IMG/VR virus record: IMGVR_UViG_3300033996_001333
Location: 3,389-67,388 of that record
DNA length: 64,000 nucleotides
Direction: 5' to 3' (one strand)
From: a virus
The translations under genes and the position numbers were made by a program. How positions within the stretch are numbered: the first letter of the stretch is position 1; each line of letters begins with the position of its first letter. Shown here piece by piece: positions 26,942-35,947 of this stretch. The notes under the pieces are model-generated. The model did not search any database. It was not told where the DNA came from and saw only the letters and a program-made list of their open reading frames with translations.

Positions 26942-27387
26942 GGTCCCCCTTTCCTTTTCCACCCCTACCCACCCCAGCTCAATGTTCTTTCTCTTTACCG
27001 CAGCATACGCCAGCACCTGCTGTGGAGCCTACTGTGCTCTTCTTGAAAGGAAGTACCTATCCGGCAGTTCAGCTTTGTTAGCATGGGTGTGGCCGATAAC
27101 CGCATTGGTCTTCGTTTCACGCAAGGTTTTCTTAGCAATTGTTGACTAGTGCAACCCACTCCAAAAATGACGACTCTAACAATCTGTCTGAGAAGCGGCA
27201 ACCAACTGCGCCTTCCCCACATCCAAGACTGGAAGATTCGCACTGTAAGTAAGAAAGTTGCGTATTTGGAAAAAGAGGGGTCGGTTTGCAAACTTGCTCC
27301 CTTACCCGAAACTTATTATTGATAGCATAGATCTTTCGCAGATTGAAGCGATCACCTCCACCTAGCCATCCGAAAGCCCAAAGCGAG

Positions 27388-28026
27388 ATGAACCCGCAAC
27401 TTTCAAACAAAGTCAACAGCTTGTGGGGTCTTGGCCTCTTTGCGGCTGCAAGAGAGTATACGACTACTCTGAAAAGCCGCTGCGACAGAAAAGTCAGCGA
27501 GGTTCCATACTTTCTCTGGAAAAGCTGGGCGCTGACGGAGGCGTTCGAGGCTGGCGCTGTTTTTGCTCTTTCACGTGGAAGGCTCTTGTCTCTATCCCAG
27601 CTGGAACTGTACCTTGGGCTTAAGAACCAGTTCGACGAGTTTCCTCGCAGCGACTACAACGACCTGGACTTGTACGGCATTAAGACAGACTTAGGGAGAC
27701 TCGATGTGAAAACCGCAACGAAAGAACTGCTAAGAAACCTAAAGCCACGCTGTGATTACTGGCGTCCTTTTCCTTTCTCCAACCTGTGGCACGGTTGGGC
27801 GTTAATGGAAGCCTACAAAGATGGGGCAGTGTTTGCAGTTAGCGACGGGAGTTTCACTTCCTTAGGAAACTTCCATGAGCATCACAATAAGTACACGAGG
27901 TACCTGCGACTCAGAGAAAAAGTCTCTGGAGTGCCTTGTGCGGAGCAAACCTTTTTCTACATAAACCCTCTTAAAACGGGAGGGCTTGAAGCTCAATCCA
28001 CGTGCGAGTGGTCCCTCCCTTTGTAG
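27388..28026 (+). CDS. hypothetical protein with internal duplication
   Basis: Two homologous halves: FLWKSWALTEAFEAGAVFALSRG and NLWHGWALMEAYKDGAVFAVSDG. Confidence 0.45.
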   Translation: MNPQLSNKVNSLWGLGLFAAAREYTTTLKSRCDRKVSEVPYFLWKSWALTEAFEAGAVFALSRGRLLSLSQLELYLGLKNQFDEFPRSDYNDLDLYGIKTDLGRLDVKTATKELLRNLKPRCDYWRPFPFSNLWHGWALMEAYKDGAVFAVSDGSFTSLGNFHEHHNKYTRYLRLREKVSGVPCAEQTFFYINPLKTGGLEAQSTCEWSLPL

Positions 28027-28035
28027 TAAACTCCA

Positions 28036-28404
28036 TTGAAAATGTCAGAGATCAAAGTTGTAAACAAGTACCACTTGGGGCGAGAGACGAAGCCCCCCGA
28101 GGGTGTTGTACGCCGAGCAATTCACCGTGGAACTGCCCTTGGTAATCCGCTGCCGATGAAGGACTCTAGCCAGGTCGAGAGAGACCGCGTCTGCGATGGT
28201 TACGAAGAGTGGTTGCCTCCAAGGCTACTTCAGAAAGGTGCCGAACTTGCGCAGTTTCAAGAGTTGCTCGCGATTGTTCAAGATCCGAGCGTGAAGTCCC
28301 TGGAGCTAATTTGCTTTTGTGCGCCAAAGCGTTGTCACGGAGACACTGTGAAGAGACTACTTGAGCTTTCCTCTGCCCCTCTGCATGGTCCTGAGGACCC
28401 ATAG
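28036..28404 (+). CDS. DUF4326-like protein
   Basis: LICFCAPKRCHGDTV resembles the DUF4326 C.CAP..CHGD motif. Confidence 0.45.
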   Translation: MKMSEIKVVNKYHLGRETKPPEGVVRRAIHRGTALGNPLPMKDSSQVERDRVCDGYEEWLPPRLLQKGAELAQFQELLAIVQDPSVKSLELICFCAPKRCHGDTVKRLLELSSAPLHGPEDP

Positions 28405-28447
28405 GGCGGTTTCCCCCTTGCCCTTTTTCGTAATAAAAGGTATAGTA
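28404..28447 (+). promoter_or_regulatory. intergenic element copy 12 (short)
   Basis: GGGCGGTTTCCCCCTTGCCCTTTTTCGTAATAAAAGGTATAGT. Confidence 0.5.
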
Positions 28448-28469
28448 TTAATGTGACTCCCCCGAAGCA

Positions 28470-28697
28470 ATGACAATTGATGAAACGAACCTTCTTTATG
28501 CAAAGGCAAAACTACGAAAAGACGGTGTTTACTCTTTTCATGGGAATTACTGGGCAGTCAAAGACAGACAGTTTGTCGCCTTTATGGACCTCGCAGGAGT
28601 GTGCTATCAAAGGTTTAGTTCATTTAACGTTTTAATTGCACATTTTGAGTCTTACGGTCGAAGAAAGAAATTAAGGGAGTGGTTGCTCTCCCAATAG
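28470..28697 (+). CDS. hypothetical protein
   Basis: 75 aa ORF. Confidence 0.4.
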   Translation: MTIDETNLLYAKAKLRKDGVYSFHGNYWAVKDRQFVAFMDLAGVCYQRFSSFNVLIAHFESYGRRKKLREWLLSQ

Positions 28698-28726
28698 CCC
28701 ATTCAGTCTCACCTTTACCACAAAAC

Positions 28727-29749
28727 ATGACCACTTCAACATCGGCTCCTAACATTCGCACTGCTCTAGTTAGGCTAATCGAGGTGGCTGAAGCCACAGC
28801 TGACTCCTTCAACATCGGCTTAATGAATGACGCCATTGATGCAGCTACCGCTGCACTAAATGCCGAGCCGAGTGAGAATGTGCCAATTCCAGACCATGCG
28901 AGCATGCTCGCTTTCGCATGTGGCCGTGAGCCCTGGGCAACATGGCTGAAATCTGGAGGCTCCCTGGAATCGGCTCACCTTGAGCTGTCTGATCTGATGC
29001 TGGCTGTTCTTGCCCGATGGGGCCAATCCACCCCGCCAGCGCCGGAGCCGGGGGAGGTGGCGGGGGTTGCGGAATGGATGAACAAGCGTGGACAGACGGC
29101 AGACCTAGGAGTAAAGGATTGGTATTTCCGCTCTGCCACCCTGCTCCAGCAGCAGGCTGCCGAGCTGGCTGCCCTGCGGATTGCGCATGAGGCGGATCAA
29201 GGGAAAGTGGAAGAGACTGTCGATGCCTTGGTAAAAGCTGAGGCCACCTTGACAGATGTAGTTGAGGGAGAGTCCCCCGTTGATTGCGGTCCCAGCAATG
29301 ATCATAATTATTTTGCCGAACAATGTGGTCACCTTGAAGCAGGTCTTGAAAAATGTGAAGAACTCCTGGAAAGTATACGGTCAGTGATCAAGAGACATGA
29401 AATCGGAAAGCATAGCCCATCAAACGGCTTAGAGTCAGTATCAGTATCCGAGCGGCTGCCAGGAAGAGAGGATTGTGATAATGAGGGACGCTGCTGGTGG
29501 TTGATGCAACCCCTTGCGGCTACGGCTTCACCGTCCTGGGTGTTTGGTTTATCTTCCATTAAAGATGATCAGGGTGGAGTATTTTTCCAAACCCACTGGC
29601 TCCCCCACGATGCCATTCCTCTACCTCAGAATGTGGGAGTGCTATCTTCAGATGGCGGATATGAAGCGGGAAATATGTGGGTGGGCCACACTCGCCCCAA
29701 CAGTGACGCCAGTGGGGTTGAGCAAGCAGCTACCAGGGGAGAAGGATGA
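28727..29749 (+). CDS. hypothetical protein
   Basis: Internal ATG (MTTSTSAPNIRTAL). About 340 aa. Confidence 0.5.
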   Translation: MTTSTSAPNIRTALVRLIEVAEATADSFNIGLMNDAIDAATAALNAEPSENVPIPDHASMLAFACGREPWATWLKSGGSLESAHLELSDLMLAVLARWGQSTPPAPEPGEVAGVAEWMNKRGQTADLGVKDWYFRSATLLQQQAAELAALRIAHEADQGKVEETVDALVKAEATLTDVVEGESPVDCGPSNDHNYFAEQCGHLEAGLEKCEELLESIRSVIKRHEIGKHSPSNGLESVSVSERLPGREDCDNEGRCWWLMQPLAATASPSWVFGLSSIKDDQGGVFFQTHWLPHDAIPLPQNVGVLSSDGGYEAGNMWVGHTRPNSDASGVEQAATRGEG

Positions 29750-30396
29750 GGGAGTCTAATTTCCACCGGAAACACCTTGTTTCTAAGGACTTTTCGGGGT
29801 CCGATATGCCTTACAGCACTTTCTTCGGGTCCAAACTCTGGCGTGTTGATTTCAGCTTCACTGACTTAACTGGTGCTGACTTTAGGCACTCCCTCATTCG
29901 CCGTTGCAACTTTAATGGTGCTATACTCAAAGGTGCTTTGTTTGATGGGTGTAGATTCGGGGCACTCAAATCTTCTTTTGTGGGTACCACCCTACCCCAC
30001 CTTGGGGGTATTCCAGTCCAGGGGGCATTTCATGCTTATACGATAGCCGACTCTGGCTTGATTAGACTTGTTGTCCCTGCAGACGCCAGACGAGGGGTTA
30101 GTCTTCAGGGGTGTAAGTGGGTGTCTCATGCAAGAGTTTGCGAAGGCTCCGGAAGGTGCTGGGGTGTCGTTCACAGAGGGGTGTACAAAAGAGCAAAGTA
30201 TATTAAGGGGGAAGTTTCATCCCCTGGGTGGAATATAGTCGTCTTCCTAACCAGGGGTGAAGCACTTGACGCTTTGGAGGAAGCCGCACGATTCAGTGTG
30301 CTGAAGCCTTACCCGTTGGATTTTGAAGGGAGCTACGGGGACTGGGAGAGCAGAAGGCGGCTTCCCCTACTTGCCTCCGTGGATCAAACGAGCTAA
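29746..30396 (+). CDS. hypothetical protein with pentapeptide-repeat-like segment
   Basis: FSFTDLTGADFRHSLIRRCNFNGAILKGALFDGCRFG. ATGA overlap with the upstream gene. Confidence 0.45.
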   Translation: MRESNFHRKHLVSKDFSGSDMPYSTFFGSKLWRVDFSFTDLTGADFRHSLIRRCNFNGAILKGALFDGCRFGALKSSFVGTTLPHLGGIPVQGAFHAYTIADSGLIRLVVPADARRGVSLQGCKWVSHARVCEGSGRCWGVVHRGVYKRAKYIKGEVSSPGWNIVVFLTRGEALDALEEAARFSVLKPYPLDFEGSYGDWESRRRLPLLASVDQTS

Positions 30397-30405
30397 ACTT
30401 ACCTC

Positions 30406-30735
30406 ATGAATAAGAAAGTTAAAAAGCGACTCCAATCGCGCGTCCAACGTGAAGTTTTCGACTTCTCGCACCCTCTGGACCTGGGCAAAGTGGTACGCAA
30501 AATTAAGAAGAATAGGAGAGCCATTCAGGCGCTCCGGGCTTTTCACTTTGCTTACGACCCAGACAGAAGGAGCGGCGAGGAAACCTATGGCTACACGAGT
30601 CTAGAAAGCATCGAGTCAAGCCTTGAGTATATTTGTGATCGCTGGGGCTGCGCCTTTCGCTTAACTTGGCTCCTCGGAGTCCCGAACGCGGTAGCCAACC
30701 TAAAGAGTCCCCCAAGTTATCGAAATGACGTCTAA
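30406..30735 (+). CDS. hypothetical protein
   Basis: 109 aa ORF. Confidence 0.45.
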   Translation: MNKKVKKRLQSRVQREVFDFSHPLDLGKVVRKIKKNRRAIQALRAFHFAYDPDRRSGEETYGYTSLESIESSLEYICDRWGCAFRLTWLLGVPNAVANLKSPPSYRNDV

Positions 30736-31036
30736 TCCCACAAAAGTTCTTCAGACTGAAATTGAGTCCCTCTTAAAATCTCTGAAAAAAGACATTCAAA
30801 ACGACTATCGTGCTTACGAAGAAGACACCCTTCCAGGGATTTTGGTGACGATTGGTGCCGATTTGAACGATGACGGTTCCTTCTCTTGGGGTTTCCAAAC
30901 CGGAGACAACAGCTATACTGGAGGAGCTTACGGCTTCCCCCACTGGGCAGTAGTCGGTCTCTATCGCCGAAGCAACTGCCGTGCTCTTGCGCAAGACGTC
31001 GTAGAGCAGATAACTGCGGAGTCAAACTTCAAGTAG
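30725..31036 (+). CDS. hypothetical protein
   Basis: 103 aa ORF. Confidence 0.45.
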   Translation: MTSNPTKVLQTEIESLLKSLKKDIQNDYRAYEEDTLPGILVTIGADLNDDGSFSWGFQTGDNSYTGGAYGFPHWAVVGLYRRSNCRALAQDVVEQITAESNFK

Positions 31037-31073
31037 CCCAACCTCTTACAACCCTAACCACACCCCGAGTAAA

Positions 31074-31433
31074 ATGCCCTGCCGTGACCCTTTTTATGAT
31101 GTGCCTCACCACGACTTCCGCTCTCCTAAGAGCGAGAGTGCCGGAGAACAAGCAAAGGACAACTTGCGCCTGTACGGTGTGTCCGTAAGCGACGCGGAAC
31201 TTCCTGGAGCGCTCATGGAAATTTCATGCTATGCGTTCACTGAGCTTGAAAAAACAAGGGATGTTTTTGATGTGCACGTCCTAGATTTGGAGCTAGACCC
31301 GGTTCCCCCTGTTTACCAGGAATGGTGGGCCAATCACAAGTTACGAGATGCTGAGCGAATGAAGGTAGTTAAGGAAATTGCCTTGGCCAAGTTGACTGAG
31401 GAGGAGAAAAGAGCCTTAGGACTTTGCACGTAA
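31074..31433 (+). CDS. hypothetical protein
   Basis: 119 aa ORF. Confidence 0.45.
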   Translation: MPCRDPFYDVPHHDFRSPKSESAGEQAKDNLRLYGVSVSDAELPGALMEISCYAFTELEKTRDVFDVHVLDLELDPVPPVYQEWWANHKLRDAERMKVVKEIALAKLTEEEKRALGLCT

Positions 31434-31485
31434 CTACGTGGTTGTTCCCTGGCCCCTTACCCCCTGATCCCCCAGCACGCTAATC

Positions 31486-31896
31486 ATGCAAACCGAGACC
31501 CAATTCCGTGAAAATATAGGTAAGCTTAGAGTGCTAGAAGACGGCTGGCTTGACGGCGAGTGCAAAGCCCCTTCGAAAGAGCTTTTGGATTGGTTCGAAA
31601 GCTGGGTGTTTGATTTTTTCTACAAGAACTTCCCTCCAAACTCGTACCCAACGGTCTTTTCAGGCTGTGATGGTGGTCTCGAACTTGAGTGGTTGACTTC
31701 CGGTTTATGCCCCTCACTCGATATCGATCCCTGTTATGTAACCAACAAGCAACCCGCATGGTTTCACATGATTGACCCGTATTCCCCTGAAGGTTACTTT
31801 GAACTTTACGTTAGTCTAGATGACCCTGCGGACCGGGAATGGGTCGGGAAGCTACGAGAAGTTCTAGCACAACCTACTCAAAAAACAATCAAATGA
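31486..31896 (+). CDS. hypothetical protein
   Basis: 136 aa ORF. Confidence 0.45.
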   Translation: MQTETQFRENIGKLRVLEDGWLDGECKAPSKELLDWFESWVFDFFYKNFPPNSYPTVFSGCDGGLELEWLTSGLCPSLDIDPCYVTNKQPAWFHMIDPYSPEGYFELYVSLDDPADREWVGKLREVLAQPTQKTIK

Positions 31897-32270
31897 CAAT
31901 CATTTACGCTGTTATAGACTTCTACGGGACAGAAGAAGCCGAGGTAGTGGGCTTATTCTCGACCATGAAACTCGCTGAGGACCTAAAAAAGGAACTTCCC
32001 TACTCGGAAATCAAAGAGTACTTCTTGGATCCTCTTACGGAAAACCCCCCTGGGCAAGAGTTCTGGTTTGTGAAAGTAGTGTCTGGTGAGGTTAAAGAGT
32101 GTTACTCTGTGGGCGCTTGTTGCGGCGCTATTCCACCCCCGAGAGAACTCCGTATCAGTTCTAAAGGGGAACTCATAAGCACGACGCACTGTTGGGCGAA
32201 CGACGAAAAACAAGCCAAGTCAATTTCCCTAAACGATTATTTTGTGCAGACTTGCACAATAACGGATTAG
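31893..32270 (+). CDS. hypothetical protein
   Basis: Internal ATG (MTIIYAV). ATGA overlap with the upstream gene. Confidence 0.45.
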   Translation: MTIIYAVIDFYGTEEAEVVGLFSTMKLAEDLKKELPYSEIKEYFLDPLTENPPGQEFWFVKVVSGEVKECYSVGACCGAIPPPRELRISSKGELISTTHCWANDEKQAKSISLNDYFVQTCTITD

Positions 32271-32291
32271 ACGACTACTTTACTGGAACAA

Positions 32292-32858
32292 ATGAACAAA
32301 CTAAGATCAATTACTGATAAGGTATTAAGAGTTGGCTGGGAGGACAGTGCCCGTGGCGGAAGGCGACCCTTTCGCTTATCCGTGTGGATTGAAGACACAC
32401 TACATTGGTGGAAAACGGGAGAGTCAACGATTCACTGTGTGAATGGGCTTAAACATCACCGGGTTTTTCTGAGTGCCACGGGAGCCCCGCACACGGCACC
32501 GCTTGATGCACCTTTCACTAGACGGGGAGAGGAAAGGCCACCCCTTAATACAAGTCTGATCACGGTGATGGAAGATAGCATTTCGAGACTAGAGCAAATG
32601 ACGAGAGACACGAGAGAGAAAACGGCTCGAATTCGTGAGGAAACAGCGATAATTGAAGAGGAGACCGCCCAGTTTCGGGAGCACACAGAACGGCTTAAGG
32701 AAGAAAATTCAAGACTGCGGGAGGAGGTTCGCCTTAAGCAGATTCAGCGCCGTGAGCGGAGGATAAAAAGGGAAAGGGAAGCGGAGGACAGGTTGCAAAG
32801 CATTGAGCTAAGACTGCAAAAATTGGAGGATGCCCTCGAAAAGCCATTCGCAGGGTAA
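32292..32858 (+). CDS. coiled-coil protein
   Basis: C-terminal heptad-rich REKTARIREETAIIEEETAQFREHTERLKEENSRLREE. Confidence 0.45.
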   Translation: MNKLRSITDKVLRVGWEDSARGGRRPFRLSVWIEDTLHWWKTGESTIHCVNGLKHHRVFLSATGAPHTAPLDAPFTRRGEERPPLNTSLITVMEDSISRLEQMTRDTREKTARIREETAIIEEETAQFREHTERLKEENSRLREEVRLKQIQRRERRIKREREAEDRLQSIELRLQKLEDALEKPFAG

Positions 32859-32895
32859 GCGACCTTTCGAGTTGTTAGGGTCGTGCAAAGTTTTA

Positions 32896-32960
32896 GGGGG
32901 CAAACCGCCCTAAACGTTCTGTTTTCCGTCTTGTTTCTGCGGGGCAGAAACGGTATACTA
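32896..32960 (+). promoter_or_regulatory. intergenic element copy 13
   Basis: GGGGGCAAACCGCCCTAAACG...CTTGTTTCTGCGGGGCAGAAACGGTATACT. Confidence 0.55.
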
Positions 32961-32985
32961 AATGAGTTGAGTTCCCCCAAAAACA

Positions 32986-33225
32986 ATGGATTCCACTAAC
33001 GCATCCGATTTGCTTACAACGCTTGAAAACCGTGTCTTGCACGAGAACGAGAAGCGAGGGGAAGCAGAGGCGAAAGCCGAACGTTTCGCTCACGCACTCG
33101 TAACCGTTTTGGATGGAGTGCAAGACCACGAACTGCAGATCATGACGGGTCTGTGTGAAGCCGACTGCAACGAGATAGCTCGCACTCGCTCTGAGGCTGC
33201 CACTCTTGTTCGTGTGCGTCTCTGA
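32986..33225 (+). CDS. hypothetical protein
   Basis: 79 aa ORF. Confidence 0.4.
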   Translation: MDSTNASDLLTTLENRVLHENEKRGEAEAKAERFAHALVTVLDGVQDHELQIMTGLCEADCNEIARTRSEAATLVRVRL

Positions 33226-33316
33226 GGGGGTAACCGGTTGCCCTGGGGCGGTTTACCCCCTTGCCCTTCCGAAGGGAAAACGGTATAGTTACTTCAGTCC
33301 ACTTGAGCAACCATGT
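33226..33316 (+). promoter_or_regulatory. intergenic element copy 14 plus conserved leader
   Basis: GGGGGTAACCGGTTGCCCTGGGGCGGTTTACCCCCTTGCCCTTCCGAAGGGAAAACGGTATAGTTACTTCAGTCCAC...GCAACCATG. Leader shared with 36876, 37186 and 51340. Confidence 0.55.
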
Positions 33317-33417
33317 TTCCCCTGAACGACCTTTCCGCACTTCACAGCATCTTCTTCACGTTGCTTGGTCTGGTTTCATTGATTCTTGTCCTCAATCGGC
33401 CCCAAACCCGAGCTTGA
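33313..33417 (+). CDS. small hydrophobic peptide (34 aa)
   Basis: MFPLNDLSALHSIFFTLLGLVSLILVLNRPQTRA. ATG at the conserved ...GCAACCATG leader. Confidence 0.3.
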   Translation: MFPLNDLSALHSIFFTLLGLVSLILVLNRPQTRA

Positions 33418-33455
33418 CTCCCTCCACAAATTCCCCCGTCTCATTACCAAACAAA

Positions 33456-33917
33456 ATGACTCTTACGGCACAAGCGGTCCGGCATGCCCAGGCAATCGCG
33501 TTAGACACCAACCCTGGCCTTCCCGCCTTACCTTTCATTCCTGCTACTTGGCTCCCGTCCGACGGCCTTTCTCCTGATCAGCAGGAGGCTAACCTGCTAC
33601 ATGTGGCCTTGTGGGTGGTCGAACGCGATTTGCACAACTTTGATATGGATCAGTGGCACGCCGCCTGGGTTCACTTGTTTGGTGTAGCTCGCAGGGGCTC
33701 CCTGCACATGCTCAACGCATGTGGAACTATCCACTGCATCGCCGGTTTCAGCCAGTTGATGGCGGGTCAGATGGGGTTTGAGCTCACCCCCTGTCTCGCT
33801 GGGACTCGATTGCTTGGTGCAGAAGCCGCATGCCACTTTCGGGACAGCAACGAAGATGGCCTTGCATTCCTTAAAGAGGTGATTGCTCGTAACTCCGCCA
33901 CGTCATTTTCACTATGA
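33456..33917 (+). CDS. paralog A of the LPxLPHIP/CGTVHC family (unknown function)
   Basis: LPALPFIPATW...EANLLHVALWVVERD...CGTIHCIAGFSQLMAG...FLKEVIARNS. One of four paralogs. Confidence 0.55.
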   Translation: MTLTAQAVRHAQAIALDTNPGLPALPFIPATWLPSDGLSPDQQEANLLHVALWVVERDLHNFDMDQWHAAWVHLFGVARRGSLHMLNACGTIHCIAGFSQLMAGQMGFELTPCLAGTRLLGAEAACHFRDSNEDGLAFLKEVIARNSATSFSL

Positions 33918-34363
33918 ACACGATTCTCACCAGGCTTGCCGTTGATTCTATTCGTCACGCCCTGGCCTTGAACACCGGCCCCGGCATTCCACGGCTACCA
34001 CACATTCCAAACAACCTGCTGACGGACATTCTGTTCCCGAAACAGCGGGAGGAAAATCTTTTATTCCTTTCCCTGTGGGTGATTGAGAGAGACTCACATA
34101 ATCTTGAAATGAGTACTTGGCATGCGGATGCCAAGACAGGCTACACAGGAGTCGTAACCCTTCAAAACTGTGGCGAGGTCCATTGCATTTCGGGATTCGC
34201 ACAAGTTATGTGTGGTGAAAAGGGCTTCTTCATGTACCCTGGATTTGTTGGTCGCTTGCTACTTGGGGACGAAGCAGGCACGCACTTCACTGACAGCAAC
34301 GCCGACGCACTTTGCTTCCTTCGCCGAGTTATTTCACGTAATTCCCCTGGTGCTAGTGCTTGA
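33914..34363 (+). CDS. paralog B of the LPxLPHIP/CGTVHC family
   Basis: IPRLPHIPNNL...ENLLFLSLWVIERD...CGEVHCISGFAQVMCG...FLRRVISRNS. ATGA overlap with paralog A. Confidence 0.55.
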   Translation: MNTILTRLAVDSIRHALALNTGPGIPRLPHIPNNLLTDILFPKQREENLLFLSLWVIERDSHNLEMSTWHADAKTGYTGVVTLQNCGEVHCISGFAQVMCGEKGFFMYPGFVGRLLLGDEAGTHFTDSNADALCFLRRVISRNSPGASA

Positions 34364-34370
34364 AACAAGA

Positions 34371-34673
34371 ATGGAAACCGAAAACCTAAACCTGCGGTCT
34401 TTGTGCCGCAAGCAACAAATTGCACTTGCAGTGTTGCGGTCAATGTGCAATTCACAGACGGGCCACCTAGTACTTGAGAATTGGGAGCCAACACTCGACG
34501 ATCTCGACCGCCGTGTGGATGCAGCACTGGCTGAGGTCCCTGCCCCAGGAGACAACTTTCCTGAGAAAACCGGCTTCTTTCGCAAGGCGAAGAATGCAGT
34601 TTTCGACTTTCTGTGCGGCTTCAATCTCCATGACAATGGTGATTGCTACAGGGCAACAACCCACCCACGTTAA
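34371..34673 (+). CDS. hypothetical protein
   Basis: Internal ATG (METENLNLRSL) of track ORF 34170. Confidence 0.4.
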   Translation: METENLNLRSLCRKQQIALAVLRSMCNSQTGHLVLENWEPTLDDLDRRVDAALAEVPAPGDNFPEKTGFFRKAKNAVFDFLCGFNLHDNGDCYRATTHPR

Positions 34674-34737
34674 ACTACGGGTGTAAACTACGACCCGTGA
34701 GACCCTGCTCACTTAAAAACAACGAACCTTAAACAAA

Positions 34738-35148
34738 ATGACTACCTCTACCGAAACACGTCCGAGCACTCAGGCAAGTTCACTAACCATCCCTAGTCTC
34801 CCGCACATTCCAGAAAGTTGGGACATTGTGCTTTCCCCTGAACAACAAGGAGAGAACTTACGGCACGTTGCACTCTGGATTGTGGAGCGTGACTTGGATA
34901 ACTTCAATATGTTTGCGTACCACCTGAATGGGGACTACACCAATTACTGGGAGGGAATAAACACCAGTAACTGCGGTACGGTTCACTGCATCGGAGGTTT
35001 CTCACAAGTTATGTGTGGAGAACTGGGCTTCACTGTCCACCCTCGGATTGCAGGAAACAGGCTGTTAGGAGAAGAGGCCGAAAGCCACTTCTCGGACACC
35101 ACTGAAGACGGTCTTGCTTTCCTTCGGGAAGTGATCGCTCGCGGTTAG
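34738..35148 (+). CDS. paralog C of the LPxLPHIP/CGTVHC family
   Basis: IPSLPHIPESW...ENLRHVALWIVERD...CGTVHCIGGFSQVMCG...FLREVIARG. Confidence 0.55.
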   Translation: MTTSTETRPSTQASSLTIPSLPHIPESWDIVLSPEQQGENLRHVALWIVERDLDNFNMFAYHLNGDYTNYWEGINTSNCGTVHCIGGFSQVMCGELGFTVHPRIAGNRLLGEEAESHFSDTTEDGLAFLREVIARG

Positions 35149-35149
35149 T

Positions 35150-35368
35150 ATGCAACGAAACTACCCCTTCAGTCGAAAACACCGTCACCCGAAGGGGTCT
35201 CGGTGGGTCGAGGTGAAAGATGGGCTGAGGCTAACCCCAAATGAGAAGCTCATTCGTAAGCTGGACAAAGAGCGGGGTTCCCCCGAAGAGGTTACGCCAG
35301 TTGAAATACAAGTCTCATTAGGGCTTGTCCTCGTGGTGCTACTTTCGGTGCTTTATCTATTCGGTTGA
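35150..35368 (+). CDS. small protein with C-terminal transmembrane segment
   Basis: ...VSLGLVLVVLLSVLYLFG at the C-terminus. 72 aa. Confidence 0.4.
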   Translation: MQRNYPFSRKHRHPKGSRWVEVKDGLRLTPNEKLIRKLDKERGSPEEVTPVEIQVSLGLVLVVLLSVLYLFG

Positions 35369-35517
35369 TTCCCCCAGTTTGTCACATTAAATTCGACACA
35401 GTTTACCTCCCCATCGAAGACGCAATTTCTGCCGCCGCAGACTGGTGAGAACTATCAACCTGAAATCGACGGGCACTCTCTCATTAGGGTTTTATCGGTC
35501 GTTTCTCCGTAGCATAA

Positions 35518-35567
35518 GGGCAGGGCGGTTTCCCCCCTGCCTTTCCGGAAGGAAAGCGGTAAACTAA
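35518..35567 (+). promoter_or_regulatory. intergenic element copy 15
   Basis: GGGCAGGGCGGTTTCCCCCCTGCCTTTCCGGAAGGAAAGCGGTAAACT. Confidence 0.55.
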
Positions 35568-35586
35568 ACTAGTTCAAAGCACTCAG

Positions 35587-35916
35587 ATGAATCTCGCTCA
35601 GCTCGAAAAGAGCATCCCCAACAGTTACACTCTAACAATTTCAAAGTCCCTAAAGAGGGACCAGGGCGACTGGTGGGACCGCTGGACCTGGGCCTTAAAC
35701 AGCAGCGACAAACTCTACGAATCCCCCTGGTTCGGCTTCTCAACGTTACACGAAGTTCTCGAGGATCTTTCCACTCACCTTGAGCTTTACTCCGAGCTTT
35801 TTCAGAGCGACACGGCACACAAGGAAGAAACGGAAGAGGTGCTCACAGATGGCGAGCTCGATGAGCTTGTTAGGTGTTTGTCCTATCAGGACCCCGAACC
35901 CCGAATATCTAACTAG
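35587..35916 (+). CDS. hypothetical protein
   Basis: 109 aa ORF. Confidence 0.45.
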   Translation: MNLAQLEKSIPNSYTLTISKSLKRDQGDWWDRWTWALNSSDKLYESPWFGFSTLHEVLEDLSTHLELYSELFQSDTAHKEETEEVLTDGELDELVRCLSYQDPEPRISN

Positions 35917-35947
35917 CTTACCTTAAACCGCACCCCTAAACCTGAAA

